Positions 27,596 to 40,859 of a stretch of DNA of 64,000 nucleotides are shown piece after piece. Under the pieces are notes generated by a model that saw nothing but the letters and a program-made list of their open reading frames with translations, searched no databases and was not told where the DNA came from. Positions within the stretch are counted from its first letter, which is position 1; each line of letters starts with the position of its first letter. Source of the stretch: Octopus vulgaris (lineage: Eukaryota); contig OX597832.1 of assembly GCA_951406725.2 (NCBI GenBank), positions 24,056,001 through 24,120,000 of the forward strand. The letters run 5' to 3'. The position numbers and the translations under genes are program-made.

Positions 27596-27748
27596 TTTTA
27601 TGTAGTAAAACAAAAAAGGGGGTCGAATGCCACAAATGCACTTTCGTTTGCACTTCTGTTGGAGATCTCTGTCTTCCATAGATTTGCTTGACAACCATCC
27701 TTCCATTCGAAAGGAACAAAATATATATATACATTCGTAGCAGTCAAC

Positions 27749-27844
27749 CTTTTTGTTTTCTTCTTCCTCTCTTCTTCATCCACAACATTACTCGGTTTGT
27801 CAGCGTCGAGTTCTTTTATTTCGGTCTCTGCTTCTTCACCTTCT
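27749..27844 (-). other. Candidate exon encoding a charged segment
   Basis: TTTTGGTTTATTCAG acceptor then purine-rich open frame [31 protein letters not shown]; donor ambiguous (27749 or 27733). Confidence 0.3.
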
Positions 27845-27986
27845 CTGAATAAACCAAAATTTAATAACAACAGTATATATATACATATATTCACACTGGT
27901 ATACACACTCTCTCTCTCACTCTATATATATATATATATACACACACACATATATATATATTCACACTCGTATACACACACACACA

Positions 27987-28019
<33 letters not shown>

Positions 28020-28118
28020 CACACACATATATATATATCCTCACACTCGTATACACACTATATATATTTATATATATATATATACACACATATATATATA
28101 TATCCTTACACTCGTATA

Positions 28119-28166
<48 letters not shown>

Positions 28167-28183
28167 TTACACTCGTATACACA

Positions 28184-28245
<62 letters not shown>

Positions 28246-28320
28246 GCTGCGTAATTACGTGTCTAATATTCTTTGGAAATGGCACCACATCGTTTTGTCT
28301 TTTTCCATCTCTCTCTCTCT

Positions 28321-28367
<47 letters not shown>

Positions 28368-29054
28368 GTGTGTGTGTGTAATTGTAATCTGGGTCAACCC
28401 CTTTGGGATGAGAACCTTTATATATTAATATTAATTATAATAAATAAAAGCTTACTCAGGAACGAAAGACAATAATAATAATAATAATAATAGTAATATA
28501 AAAGAAGAAAGCCTTGAGAACATAGTTTCGAATCTGTGTTTGTGTAGCGGTGGTACTGATATTTTTATTTGCTATTTTTACATAACCCATCTCTGTACTG
28601 TCCAATTGGCATTCCATGTTGCTGTGTGGGGGAGTCAGTTCTATTTAGGTGGTGTTATTGTTGTTGTTGTTGTTATTAGTGTTTGCTTTTTTTTTTGTTT
28701 TTCTATTTCGCACTGGAAATTTTGTACCGCGCATGGACGTACTCCCGCGCTATCCACCCCGCCACCCCTTCTTTAGCATCATCGCACTGTGTCTGCATCT
28801 ACAGACACTGAATATACATATACACACACACAAACACACCATACGATGCACGCACATGTATGTATATGATATACGTTTGAAAATACGGATTTATCTATAT
28901 ACGCAAATATTTATATGCAGTAGATATGTACATATATCTACTGCATATATACACACACCTGTCTCTCTCTCTATATATTTATATAAATATATACATATAT
29001 ACACACACACCTGTCTATATATATATATATATATATATATAATTATTTATTTTG

Positions 29055-29103
<49 letters not shown>

Positions 29104-29473
29104 TCCGAAAACGGGGATTTTTGGCAAAAAATTACAAAAATAAACAAATTTGGGATAAAATTGGGGGGACGGGCGGATATCTTTCCATATGTATATATAT
29201 ACATACACACACACACACACACCTATCTAGCTATCTATACACACATCTCTCTCTCGCTCACATGTGTTTGTGTGTGTGTATTTAATGTTAATTTTAGCTC
29301 TTCCTTTATATATATATATATATATATATAATTATCAATAATGATATAGGGTGAAGTTAATTAATTTGGAATAATCATTAATTTCACCAAGTAGATTTCG
29401 GCATGTAAAAGGAAGGTTTAAGTAATACTAAGTAATTTTTGTTGCAAATTGTTCCTAAACCCTTAATTACTTA

Positions 29474-29523
<50 letters not shown>

Positions 29524-29949
29524 ATCATTTACATCTCAGTAAAATTATGGCATTTGTATTGCGTATAACATTCACACCTATCACAAATAGTATTTTGACT
29601 GCACATACATACGCACGCATGTGCGTGTGTGATGTGGTGTGGTGTGGTGTGGTGTGTATAAACACGCATATACGTATTTATTATTTAGTTCTCCAGAGAG
29701 ACACCATAGAATTCGCTCTGCAAACTCCAAACTATAAACAAGAGCCACTCGGTGGAAGCGGTGCCCCAGCTTGGTCTTTTATATTCCGCCGTTGTTTGGT
29801 TGAAACAGAAACTCGCAGAAGAATTTAGTCACGTCTTATTTTTACGGCATCTTCGACTAAATGCAAGCCATGAATAATAATAATAATGATAATAATAATA
29901 TAATGTTACCACCATCCTTACTTCACTGCCATACAGAAATAACCACCGA

Positions 29950-29967
29950 GATATATATATATATATA

Positions 29968-30036
<69 letters not shown>

Positions 30037-30274
30037 ATGTATATATATATATATATGTGTGTGTGTATATATATATATGTGTGTGTGTGTATATATATGT
30101 GTGTGTGTATATATATATGTGTGTGTGTATATATGTGTGTGTGTGTATATATATGTGTGTGTGTGTATATATATATGTATATATATATATATATGTGTGT
30201 GTGTGTATATATATATATATGTGTGTGTGTATATATATATGTGTATATATATATATATATATAATATGTGTGTG

Positions 30275-30305
<31 letters not shown>

Positions 30306-30362
30306 ATATATATGTGTGTGTGTGTGTGTGTATATATATGTGTGTGTGTGTGTGTGTATATG
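29950..30362. repeat. Alternating (TA)n/(TG)n microsatellite
   Basis: Direct reading. Confidence 0.95.
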
Positions 30363-30679
30363 CGCAGCTATATTGCATGTGCACTTTCTGTGTGTCGCCC
30401 GAGAAAAAATGTGCTGATTGCTGGTAATTGGTGTTTGTGTTGGCAGTGCTGTTGTTGTTGTTGCATTTGTTGTTGTTGTTACTGTCTGTTCACGAAAGAA
30501 TAATCCTGGCTTGGCTGCATATGTGTTCTGAAGCAGTTTTTGTTTCGCTTAACAAAGGAATTGAAACCCCCCCCCTCACCTCCGCCGCCACCACCACCCA
30601 CACCCACTTCAGTTTTATCTCACGAACTGCAGCTAGATTTGATAGGGGCTTTGAGTGTCCCCCTCCTCCTCCTCCTCCA

Positions 30680-30715
<36 letters not shown>

Positions 30716-30766
30716 TGTGTGTGTGTGTGTGTGTGTAATTTCGGTTTTAATTTTTATATTTTATAT

Positions 30767-31183
30767 ACTCTTTTTACTCTTTTACTTGTTTCAGTCATTT
30801 TGACTGCGGCCATGCTGGAGCACCACCTTTAATCGAGCAACTTAATCGAGACCCTGGGACTTATTCTTTTGTAAGCCCAGTACTTATTCTATCGGTGTCT
30901 TTTGCCGAACCGCTAAGTGACGGGGACGTAAACACACCAGCATCGGTTGTCAAGCAATGCTAGGGGGACAAACACAGATACACAAACACATATATATATA
31001 TATATATATATACATATATACGACGGGCTTCTTTCAGTTTCTGTTTACCAAATCCACTCACAAGGCTTTGGTCGGCCCGGGGCTATAGTAGAAGACACCA
31101 GTCCAAAGTGCCACGCAGTGGGACTGAACCCGGAACCATGTGGTTGGTTAGCAAGCTACTTACCTCACAGCCACTCCTGCACC
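30767..31183 (-). mobile_element. SINE family A, full length
   Basis: Matches family A; a 5' half copy lies on plus at 31596-31800. Confidence 0.92.
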
Positions 31184-32574
31184 TATATATATATATATAT
31201 ATATAATTATTATTTGAGGGAATAAAATCCAAACTTACAAAGAAAAAAATTCCTTCCAATTTTTTTTCTAATTTATATATATATATAAATATCTTATAAG
31301 CAAGGGCTAAAGAAGGTATATAGTATATATATATATATATATTCATGTATGGAGAGGTATACATACACCTTTTTCATGTGTGTGTTTATGTATATACAAA
31401 CATACACATTCATATAGAGAGATATACATATGCATCTGTAGACAGATATATGTATGAATTTATGTATAGAGAGATATACATACACATTCTTGTGTATACA
31501 GGCATACGTGTATATTCATATGTAGAAGTATATACGTAGAGATTCATGTGTGTAGAGAGATACACGTGCATCGCTGTCCAGGGAGTTATACATAAGCGCA
31601 AGAATGGCTGTGTTGTAAGAAGCTTGCTTCCCAACCACTTGGTTCTGGGTTCAGTCCCACTGCATGGCACCTTGGGCAAGTGTCTTCTACTATAACCTCG
31701 GGTTGACCAAAGCCTTGTGAATGGATTTGGCAGACGGAAACTGAAAGAAGCCCATCGTATATATATATATGTGTGTGTGTGTATGTATGTATGTATGTTT
31801 GTGTGTCTTTGCTTGAGTGTGGCACCATGTCGAAGATGTTAGAGGCGTTGGGGCTGAAATCGGATGTGGTTCCTCCTGATGATGTCTTTAGCCACTGAAT
31901 CCTATAAAGGAGCTGTTGAGGCAGTGAACCACGAAATGTGGTTGGAATTCCTGCCAAAGTTTTGATGGAAGGTTTTAACTTAGCTTTACAAAGGGAAGTT
32001 TTTATCATAGAACCAATAATGGCCTCAGGTGGGGTGACGTAAAAAGGATTAAACAACTAGGTGTGGTCACTGTCTGATTTGTCTTTTACTATTGAAGCAA
32101 CACTACTGAAGAAACCGTTGCCTCAATCTTATCAGGAGGTAGATTTCTTGCATATTTCTTCAGATCCTTAAGTTATTCTAAAAAAAAAAAAGAACCCTAC
32201 CAAGTTGTCAAAAAGGAAGCTTAGGCAGTTGTAAAAAATAGAAACATTTTCTCATAAAGCATTTCAATTTACTGACATATCAAAAGTCCATTTCATTCGT
32301 TCATCATCATCATCATCATTTAATGTCCATTTTCCATACTGGCATGGGTTAAATGGTTTCACCCGGAAGTGGTAAGTCAGAGAGCTGCACCAGGCTCCAG
32401 TCTGTTTTGGCTTGGTTTTTTTATGACTGGATGCCCTTTATATATCACCAGAATGGGTGCCTTTTATGTTGTATAAACAAACCCTTCAAGGCAGTGCCCC
32501 ACTATGGCGACAGTCCAATGATTGAAACTAGTAAAAGGTAAATCTGTGTCCATTGTGATGTAGTATAATTGTCA

Positions 32575-32933
32575 TTATTACCTCAGCCTTAGCGAAGGCG
32601 GAGGTATTGTTTTTAGTTGTGTTTGTTTGTTTGTCCGTGGACAAGATATCTCCAGAACCGCTGGATGGATTCAGGTGAAACTTTCAGGGGTATTTGACCT
32701 CATAACTGGCACGAACTGATTAGATTTTGGGATCAATCCGGTACCAGACAAGGATTCTGGATTATTTTTCCTGTTTTTTTTTTACTTAGTTTTTGAGAGC
32801 AGTCAGGGTCATTTTTAGTATTCTCATTTGTGAGAGCAGTCGAGTTTATTTCAGATATTCTCATTTTTAAAAATCTTCTCTGGCTGATCGTTGAGAGGAG
32901 GTTGGTGTTGCCTTGGCGGAGGTTTGTGCTCTC
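32575..32933 (+). mobile_element. Helentron-associated non-autonomous element (HINE, DINE-1-like architecture)
   Basis: TTATT then hairpin ACCTCAGCCTT-AGCG-AAGGCGGAGGT, (GTTT)n/GTCC microsatellite, 3' subterminal GGCGGAGGT; second copy at 59605-59955. Confidence 0.75.
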
Positions 32934-32934
32934 T

Positions 32935-33153
32935 CTCTCTCTTTTTTCTCTTTTTACTTGTTTCAGTCATTTTGACTGCGGCCATACTGGTGCACCGCCT
33001 TTAGTCAAGCAAATCAACCCCGGGGCTTATTCTTTGTAAGCCCAGTACTTATTCTATCGGACTCTTTTGCCGAACCGCTAAGTGACGGGGATGTAAACAC
33101 ACCAGCATCGGTTGTCAAGCAATGCTGGGGGACAAACACAGACACACAAACAT

Positions 33154-33234
<81 letters not shown>

Positions 33235-33396
33235 TACGACAGGCTTCTTTCAGTTTCTGTCTACCAAATCCACTCACAAGGCATTGGTCGGCCCGGGGCT
33301 ATAGCAGAAGACACTTGTCCAAGATGCCACGCAGTGGGACTGAACCCGGAACCATGTGGTTGGTTAGCAAGCTACTTACCACACAGCCACTCCTGC
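32935..33396 (-). mobile_element. SINE family A, full length
   Basis: Matches family A. Confidence 0.92.
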
Positions 33397-34084
33397 TTAG
33401 ATTTCTTTCTGGTTCTGTGGACCAAATCCATTCACAGGGCTTTGTTTGATGGAAACTCAAAAGCCTGTTGTGCTTTTCATGCTGGCATGGGTTGGATGGT
33501 TTGACCAGATCCATGTACTGAGCTCCAGTGACCAGTTTGGTATGATTTCTACAGCTGAATGTCTCTCCTAACATCAGCCACTTTACAAAGTGTACTGGGT
33601 GCTTTTTTTTTTCATGGCACCAGCACCAGTAAGGTCACCAAGGTACTTGCAAAACTGAAAAAAAAAATGTGTATAAATATTGAAATCCCACAGCTCCATT
33701 TAAATGAAGCAGGGAATGGTGTTAGGAAGGGCAAGAAACAGTGCCAAATCAAACTGGAGTCTGGTGCAGCCCCTCAGCTTACCAGCCCTGGTCAAACCAT
33801 CCAACCCATGCCAGCATGGACAATGGACATTAAATGGTGATGATGATGATGTTCTGTATTGACATTACTTCATGATTGGTCTCCCTGCACTTTTCAAGAC
33901 CTATGGATTAAAATCCCTTGTAAAACAGGTAAAGGTCGGTGACAGGATCAACATCAACCATAAAAAAAACTGTCTCAAAAACGTTCCCTTCCAACCCATG
34001 CTAGCATGGAAAAACAGACTTTAAATAAATATAACCAACATATATATATATATATATGTATATATATCGAAATCGATCAAAATC

Positions 34085-34380
34085 AATGGAAATTGTAGTT
34101 GTGATACCAGTGCCAGTGGCACGTAAAACTGCGTGGCATCTTGAATGTGACCATTTCCAGCGCCGGGCTGACCAATGCCTCCGTGCCGGTGACATGTAAA
34201 AAGCACTGTCACTACACTCACGGATATGTTGGCGTTAGGAAGGGCATCCAGCTGTAGAAGCACTGCCAGATCAGACTGGTGCTGGTGCAGCCTCCCTGGC
34301 TTCCGCAAAAGAGACCACGGTCGAGCCGTCCAACCCATGCTAGTTTGGAAAACGGACGTTAAACGATAATGATGATGATA
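34085..34380 (+). mobile_element. SINE-like family C
   Basis: Family core and GAT tail; older relatives near 32300-32440, 33470-33850, 37710-38490, 49810-49990, 63830-64000. Confidence 0.85.
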
Positions 34381-34416
34381 TATATATATATATATATTGT
34401 ATGTATAGTCACTCAC

Positions 34417-34572
34417 AGACGTTGCTGCTGTTGTTGACATGAAGAGCAGCCAGAGCAGCCAGCCATGTGTGAGGTTTACTGTTGCCAAGACATGAGTGGG
34501 AGTGATAGAACAATTTGCGTCCTGGAATAGCAGCTGAGCAAGTTTTTGGCTTGCTTTCTGCAAATGCATCAC
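34417..34572 (-). other. Candidate 156-nt exon
   Basis: On minus: TTTAAGTAG acceptor and TCT|GTGAGT donor; non-repetitive; two open frames (VMHLQKASQKLAQLLFQD... or DAFAESKPKTCSAAIPGRKLFYHSHSC...); no family recognised. Confidence 0.35.
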
Positions 34573-34953
34573 CTACTTAAACACACACACACACACAGTT
34601 CATTGTACTGATTGTAGTGTCGTACTTGGATGATAATCTCAGAATGCTTAATACATATATATACACACACACACATATATATATATATGTGTATATACGT
34701 ATCGTTATTCTATTGATTTGCTTCATGTTGGATCATTATGAATAACCAAATAACAAACCATTGAATTTTTTTTTGCTTTATTTGTGTTTTTTTTTTTGCT
34801 TTTTGTTTCTTATTCTCTTTATTTTCTCTCCTTTTATGAATTTTTAGCGCCATGATATTATATTTAACAAGTTTGGTTCAGGTTTTTTTTCTCTTCTTTT
34901 AATGATTAAAAAGACATTTTTTTCCCTAAAAAATACTTGCTCAGCTTCTTCTT

Positions 34954-34990
<37 letters not shown>

Positions 34991-34993
<3 letters not shown>

Positions 34994-35141
34994 TAGTTTT
35001 ATTTTTATAGCGTGCTTTCACTTCACTACTGAGCGCAGCTCTGTGTGCCTTGGGTATGTGCTGTGATTTGTTGTGATGCTCTGATGGTTATTGCATGGAA
35101 AGTGTTCTGCGTAGGATGTGTGCAGTGCCTAGTAGTGCGAT
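34991..35141 (-). mobile_element. R4/Dong-type non-LTR retrotransposon 3' end in (TAA)n
   Basis: Minus strand IALLGTAHILRRTLSMQ* then ~95 nt UTR; (TTA)n on both sides. Confidence 0.78.
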
Positions 35142-35525
35142 TATTATTATTATTATTCTTATTATTATTATCATCATTATCATTTTTTTTGTTCATGTTG
35201 GTATTTTTGTTATTTAGTCTCAGATCAGCTTTCAAATTGCAAACCCAGGATCCTAGATATTCCAATCAGATTTTTCTTTTTTTCTTATGTCATTGTTGTT
35301 GGTTAACACTTGGTTAGCCAATGGTCAAGCCAACCTATAATGAAAGCCCTTCCACCTTTGACCATCTACATAAGCACCTAAAGCAATTAACAAAAACATG
35401 GTACTTACTAGCAAGTGATACTCACCCACAAGTGATGATTGGTTATACTTGAAATCAACGGAAAGCCAAAATCTGCAAGCCTTCCAAAATACATTATTTA
35501 CATTTGATGGATATTGTTTGTTGTT

Positions 35526-35571
35526 AACACAACGTTTTGGCTGATATACTCTCAAGCCTTCATCAGGTGTC
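35526..35571 (-). ncRNA. Minimal type I hammerhead ribozyme motif (G12 mutated)
   Basis: GACAC-CTGATGA-A-GGCT TGAGAGTATATC AGCC-AAAAC-GTT-GTGTT. Confidence 0.65.
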
Positions 35572-35780
35572 TTGGGGAAATATCGAACCTGGGTTCTCAT
35601 TCCTAAGGTATTTTTCGATGATATTATTATTATTATTATTATTCATGTTACTGCCTGGAATCAAACTTGGAATCTTGGGGTTAGTAGCCTGTGGGCATAG
35701 TGGTTGAGAGCACGGGCTACTAGCCCCAATATTCCGAGTTCGATTCCAGGCAGTAACCCAGGATTTGAAATTTCCCCCAT

Positions 35781-35826
35781 GACACCTGATGAAGGCTGGA
35801 GGGTATATCAGTTGAAACATTGTGTT
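35781..35826 (+). ncRNA. Minimal type I hammerhead ribozyme motif
   Basis: GACAC-CTGATGA-A-GGCTG GAGGGTATAT CAGTT-GAAAC-ATT-GTGTT: stem I GACAC/GTGTT, CUGAUGA and GAAA core boxes, stem II with G-U wobbles. Confidence 0.72.
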
Positions 35827-37571
35827 AACAACAAAACAAGATGAGGACAAATATCCGTAAAATATAAATAATGTACATAATTACCCATCTCTTGAATATA
35901 GAACTGTACCTTCCAAAATAGTCGACATGGTCAGGTAGATCGGTTATGGGGGTCATGCACCATTGCAGCATGTTGCTGCACCTACCATTTGTTGGTATTT
36001 GGTCAGGTCATTCTGGAAACCTTCTGAACAGTGCTCCAATCTATCCTCATCTGCCATGTGGCCAACCTACACGAGCCATCAGCCCCAGCTAGATCCTTAA
36101 TATATGATGATTTGCAAAGAAGATAAATACGGGGGGGGGGGGGTTTATAACAAAACAAAATTTCATCCCTGAATCTGAATCTCTCTTCTTTGCAAATCAA
36201 TCTATGAAATAATTAGCATGTCTTATATGCCATCAAATATGGTAATTACGGTTAAGTGGTATGCTCTGCTCCAAGTGAAGACTTAGTAATCACAATTAGC
36301 TATCTATCTCATTTCCTGACAAGGATGAAATCTATCTTGATTGCCCATTCACTTGAGCAGTGGGGGATCAGATGGTTGGCCAACTTTCTGAAGTTTAAGT
36401 TGCAAATGATAAAAGTAAGTCATTTGTGCCTTAAAAAAAATTTCACACAAAAACTTATCCTGGGTCCTATATGCAAAAGTCGGGCCCCTCATAAGCTTTA
36501 ATGCACTCATCATCATCATCGTTTAACATCCAGTTTCCATGCTAGCATGGGTTGGACGATTCGACTGAGGTCTGGTGAACCAGATGGCTGCACCAGACTC
36601 CAATCTGATCTGTCCGAGTTTCTACAGCTGGATGCCCTTCCTAACGCCAACCACTCTGAGATTGTAGTGGGTGCTTTTACATGCCACTGGCAATAGCCAC
36701 ACTCAAATGGTGCTTTTTATGTGCCACCTGCACAGGAGCCAGTCCAGTGGCACTGGCAATGACCTTGCTTGAATGTATAACTTTTATTTACTGAATATGC
36801 ATTACTAAGCTTGCAGGGTGCATCTAATATGGCAAAAAAACAAAAGAAGTCACTTCAGGTCCTATATGCCAAGGACCTGAAGTTTATACGGGTTTCAAAT
36901 TTTGGCACAAAGCCAGTAATTTTTGGAGAGGAGGTAAGTCGATTGCATCGACCCCAGTGCTCTACTGGTATGTATTTTATCGACCCTGAAAGGATGAAAT
37001 GCAGAGTTGATTTCGGCAGAATTTGAGCGTAGAACTTAAAGAAGGACGAAATGCCACTCAGCGTTGTGCTTGGTGTGCAAATGATTCAGCCAGCTCGGGA
37101 AGTTAGGCCTATATTAGATGCTCTAATGTACTACCACAGACTTCTGAATATGCACTGCTGAAATCAGGGTGTGTCTTATATACCCATGCATCTTCTATGC
37201 CTTCAAATAAAGTAAATCTTTCACCATATTTTACATTATTTTGCTGCAGCAGATGAAACATAAACACATGGGGAAATCCTCATTAAATACAAAACATTAA
37301 ACCTCCCCTCTTTTTCCGCCAAACTAGGCTTTGTTTTTGATTTATTGTTTTTTCTTTTTGTTTTGGACATCTGCTTGTTTGTTATTTTGATACGTTATTT
37401 GCTGGAATAAATTTAATTCCTCCGTTCCTCTAGCATTTTGTTCCTTTCCCCATCCTCTATCTGTCTATCTTTTTTGGCAAAATTTATCAGAAAAATGTAA
37501 AACTGTCAGTGAGACTTCACACTTCCTGGTCTCAAATGTTAACACTTGATAATTGTACTTGTCAATAACAG

Positions 37572-37617
<46 letters not shown>

Positions 37618-37862
37618 CACATACAAACACACACACACACACAAATATTCATATATATGTGTGTGTATGTGTGTGGTAATTGCATGTTAATATATATATA
37701 TATATATAATCATTTAACATCCGTCTTCTGCGCTATCATGGGTTGGGACAGTTCAACAGGATCTGATAAGCCAGAGGAATGAATTGAACTCCAATGTTCA
37801 CGATGGCATGGTTTCTGTGGATGGTCGTCTTTTCTAACAGCAACCGCTTTACAAAATATACT

Positions 37863-37899
<37 letters not shown>

Positions 37900-39544
37900 G
37901 TGGCACCAGCACTAGTGAGATCACTAAGTAACTCACAAGATAAGACCCTTCAACTGGGTGGAGGTGTACTATTGAAGGTTGACTTTATACTGAGAGGTTT
38001 AAAGTATGATAGAGGAATAAGAGGAGATGCTGGCCACCCCAGCATGAAAGAGAAGCAAGTGAGTGTTGATAAGGTGTCATGGCCCAAAACATCTGCCTCC
38101 TTTATGTTTCTGTCAAATTCATCGTTATTTCACTGTCCGCTTCCATGCTTGCATTTGTTGGACAAAGTTTATACGGTCAGATGCTTTTCCTGTTGCCAAC
38201 CTTCACGTGTTTCCAAGCGAGGTAATATTTCCCCAATGGCCAGACATATTTTCACAGAATATTGGCTTACGAGTGTTTGGTGACCTCACTGGTGTTGGTG
38301 CCACAAGACAAAAAAAAAAAAAAGCACCCAGTACACATTGTAAAATGGTTGACATTAGGAAGGTGATCTAACTGCAGAAACCCTGCCATATCAAACTGTG
38401 GGGCTCAGCCCAGCCCTCTGGCTTGTCAGTTCATATCCAATCCATGCCAGTTTGAAAAGAAAGGGACATTAGATGATGATGATGATGATGATGTCATATG
38501 TTCTGTGGTGTGGTCAGTTTATTTAAATGGTGGTTTGAAATGGATACAAAATTATTATCTTTTATTCTATAATTATAGCTATTTACAGCTCAGTAATATG
38601 AGGAATGTGTTTTATTTTTTGTGTGTGACCAAATATTTAGATTTATTTAAGTAGGCCAACCTAATTGATTTTGTTTTGTTGTATGTGTTGTAAGTATCTG
38701 GTGTATCCTTCAACCAGCAACGGTTTTTCCCCCACTCCTTTATTATTAAGCTAATTGTCAACAAGAGAACCTTCATGTGGTCACCTGACTTGCTAGAGAT
38801 AACAGCAACATTTCTTCAATTCACATCTCTCTCACTGCCTAAAAGAAAAAAGAATACATTGTGTTTGATAGTCATTGATGCACAATATCTGAAAAATAGA
38901 TGGAATAGTCATATTTGGAACTTGTTTGATTGTAGCTCTGGTAGATCAGAACTGACTTGGAGATCTACAGCGACGAGTATATAGCCATTCAACATGGTTT
39001 AAATAGCAGCCAAATCACTCCTGAAATCACCCCCTACTGTCTTAACCCTCCTGATACCAACCCTCCAGAGACTGCTCCTGAATCTATGATACAAACGTCT
39101 TATTATCAAAATTCTATGTTAACGTTCCAAACACCATGTTGATAGTTACAAAGTTATTTTACGGAATATTGACAGTTATTTTACTAAATCCTCCATTATT
39201 TTCAAAGTTAGTTGAAACAGATGCTGTGTATTTCATCGGAAATATAGTGACAAAAAGCGATCTAAATTAAGACCTTTCATCAAAATTTCCTGCTAATTTA
39301 TGTTTCAAGCACCATCTTAATAATTCATTCTACTATGTACCTGAAATTTGTGCAGAGGAGACTAGTTGATTGCATCGACCCCCAGTGCTTAACTGGCACA
39401 TATCTCATCAACCCTGAAAGGATGAAAGGCAGAATTGACCTGAGCAGAATTTGAACTCAGACCATAAACATGGATGAAAATGCCACTAAGCATTTCAAGT
39501 GTGCTAACAGTTCTGCCAACCCGCTGCTTTTAGCATCATTTTAA

Positions 39545-40266
39545 CCCATTAGCCATAATTGGCCAAAATATTCTACCGTAAATCCTCGAGTATAATCCGC
39601 ATTTTTTCCCCAAAATTTAACGGTCAAAATCCCTCGTGCATAGTATATACGAGGTTAAAAATGAAAAATATTTTCTAAGCAATATCCGAGTCTCTATTTG
39701 CTGTCCGGCAATGTTTATTCAGACGCATATCATGATGTTGGGTGTGAAAATACCTTAAGCTAAGCCTGAAAGCAATGAAGTCATAAAAGAATCATCCATA
39801 ACTTGCAGTAGGCAACATTTATTAAAATAAAAGTATTCAGAACACAAAATAACATGTAACAAAAAACAATTTGCAAACATATTTACATTCCCATATAACA
39901 GTTAAGAACATCACCATTATTTTATTACACATCCACAGAAGTGTTAGTTCGACTAGGTGCTGCTGGCTTAATTACACACGACTCAAGTTAGAGAAGGCAT
40001 GCGTATTATACACAAGGTTTAGGTTTTTCAGAGGTGCAGCCCCCTAAAAATCCCCTGCGTATTATACTCAAGGGCGGACTATACTCGAAGATTTACGGTA
40101 CTTGTTTTTTTACGATCTAACTCACTTGATCTGGCCTCTCTACAATGTCCTTCTAAAAATATACAACCACATCATCAAAATCCCAAAGCTACAAGATAAT
40201 GCATGGTTTATCTACAACTGTAAATAAATAAGATAAATTTGATGGAGTTATCTGAATGCTAAAGGG
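39545..40266. mobile_element. piggyBac-type MITE family 1 with nested MITE
   Basis: TTAA-CCCATTAGC ... GCTAAAGGG-TTAA. Confidence 0.75.
39576..40098. mobile_element. Tc2/pogo-type non-autonomous DNA transposon
   Basis: TA TSD; TIRs CCGTAAATCCTCGAGTATAATCCGC and GCGGACTATACTCGAAGATTTACGG; subterminal repeats. Confidence 0.88.
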
Positions 40267-40859
40267 TTAATAATGACTGTTATTCTAGTATTATTTTCAA
40301 AATTAAGCAAAACAGATGCATTAAATACCATAACCCTACCATAATCACCCCTCCAATTTCGAGGTTGGTATGGAACAACAGTTGACCTGTGTATATTTTC
40401 CTTTCCGAAGACAGTACGCCATGATTCAAGCAATCTTGTAAGGATTCCCTTTTTGACTCACTATTTCCAACAGGATGAGCGACCGAGTAGCGGCTTTGTC
40501 ATTGGCTGGCTCTGCTTAGTTGTCTCCAGCCTAGGTTTTTAAAGCATGGCTTGCTTTTAATCATTGAAGCTGAATCAATAGTCGTATGTCATTTATTAGT
40601 CTGCTGTAGTTACCAAATGGAAATATACCGTTAAGTGTTGGAGTTAGAGTTAAGGCAGACATATAAGTCAACAAACAATCTGTTTGAAAATGATTTGATG
40701 TTTTTACAAAAAATTAAAGAATTTACTTTCCATCATTTTGTCTCCTCTTCATCTCATCTTATAACTGAAGATTATCTATTCAAGATTTTTTTTTTTGTTG
40801 CATTTTTCTTTTGTTATGTTAATTCATTTGTCTCTTTTCCACTCTCTCCCTTACTCTTT

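Larger units (their letters stand above)
35492..35908. mobile_element. Head-to-head pair of a tRNA-headed SINE-like element carrying hammerhead motifs, 12-bp TSD
   Basis: CCTTCCAAAATA at 35480-35491 and 35909-35920; arms 35492-35690 (minus) and 35691-35908 (plus) are homologous; plus arm has A-box-like GGCATAGTGG and B-box GAGTTCGATTCC. Confidence 0.85.

Noticed and set aside
31810-32056. Unique part of the 156 aa minus-strand ORF
   Set aside because: Runs into a SINE, non-ATG start, no motif or splice support
35691-35752. Genuine tRNA gene
   Set aside because: A/B boxes are present but no complete acceptor stem, and it is fused to repeat sequence; the same applies to heads of families A, B and D
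40440-40540. Plus-strand exon or promoter with TGACTCA and ATTGG
   Set aside because: Short motifs are expected by chance and the donor GTTTTT is poor
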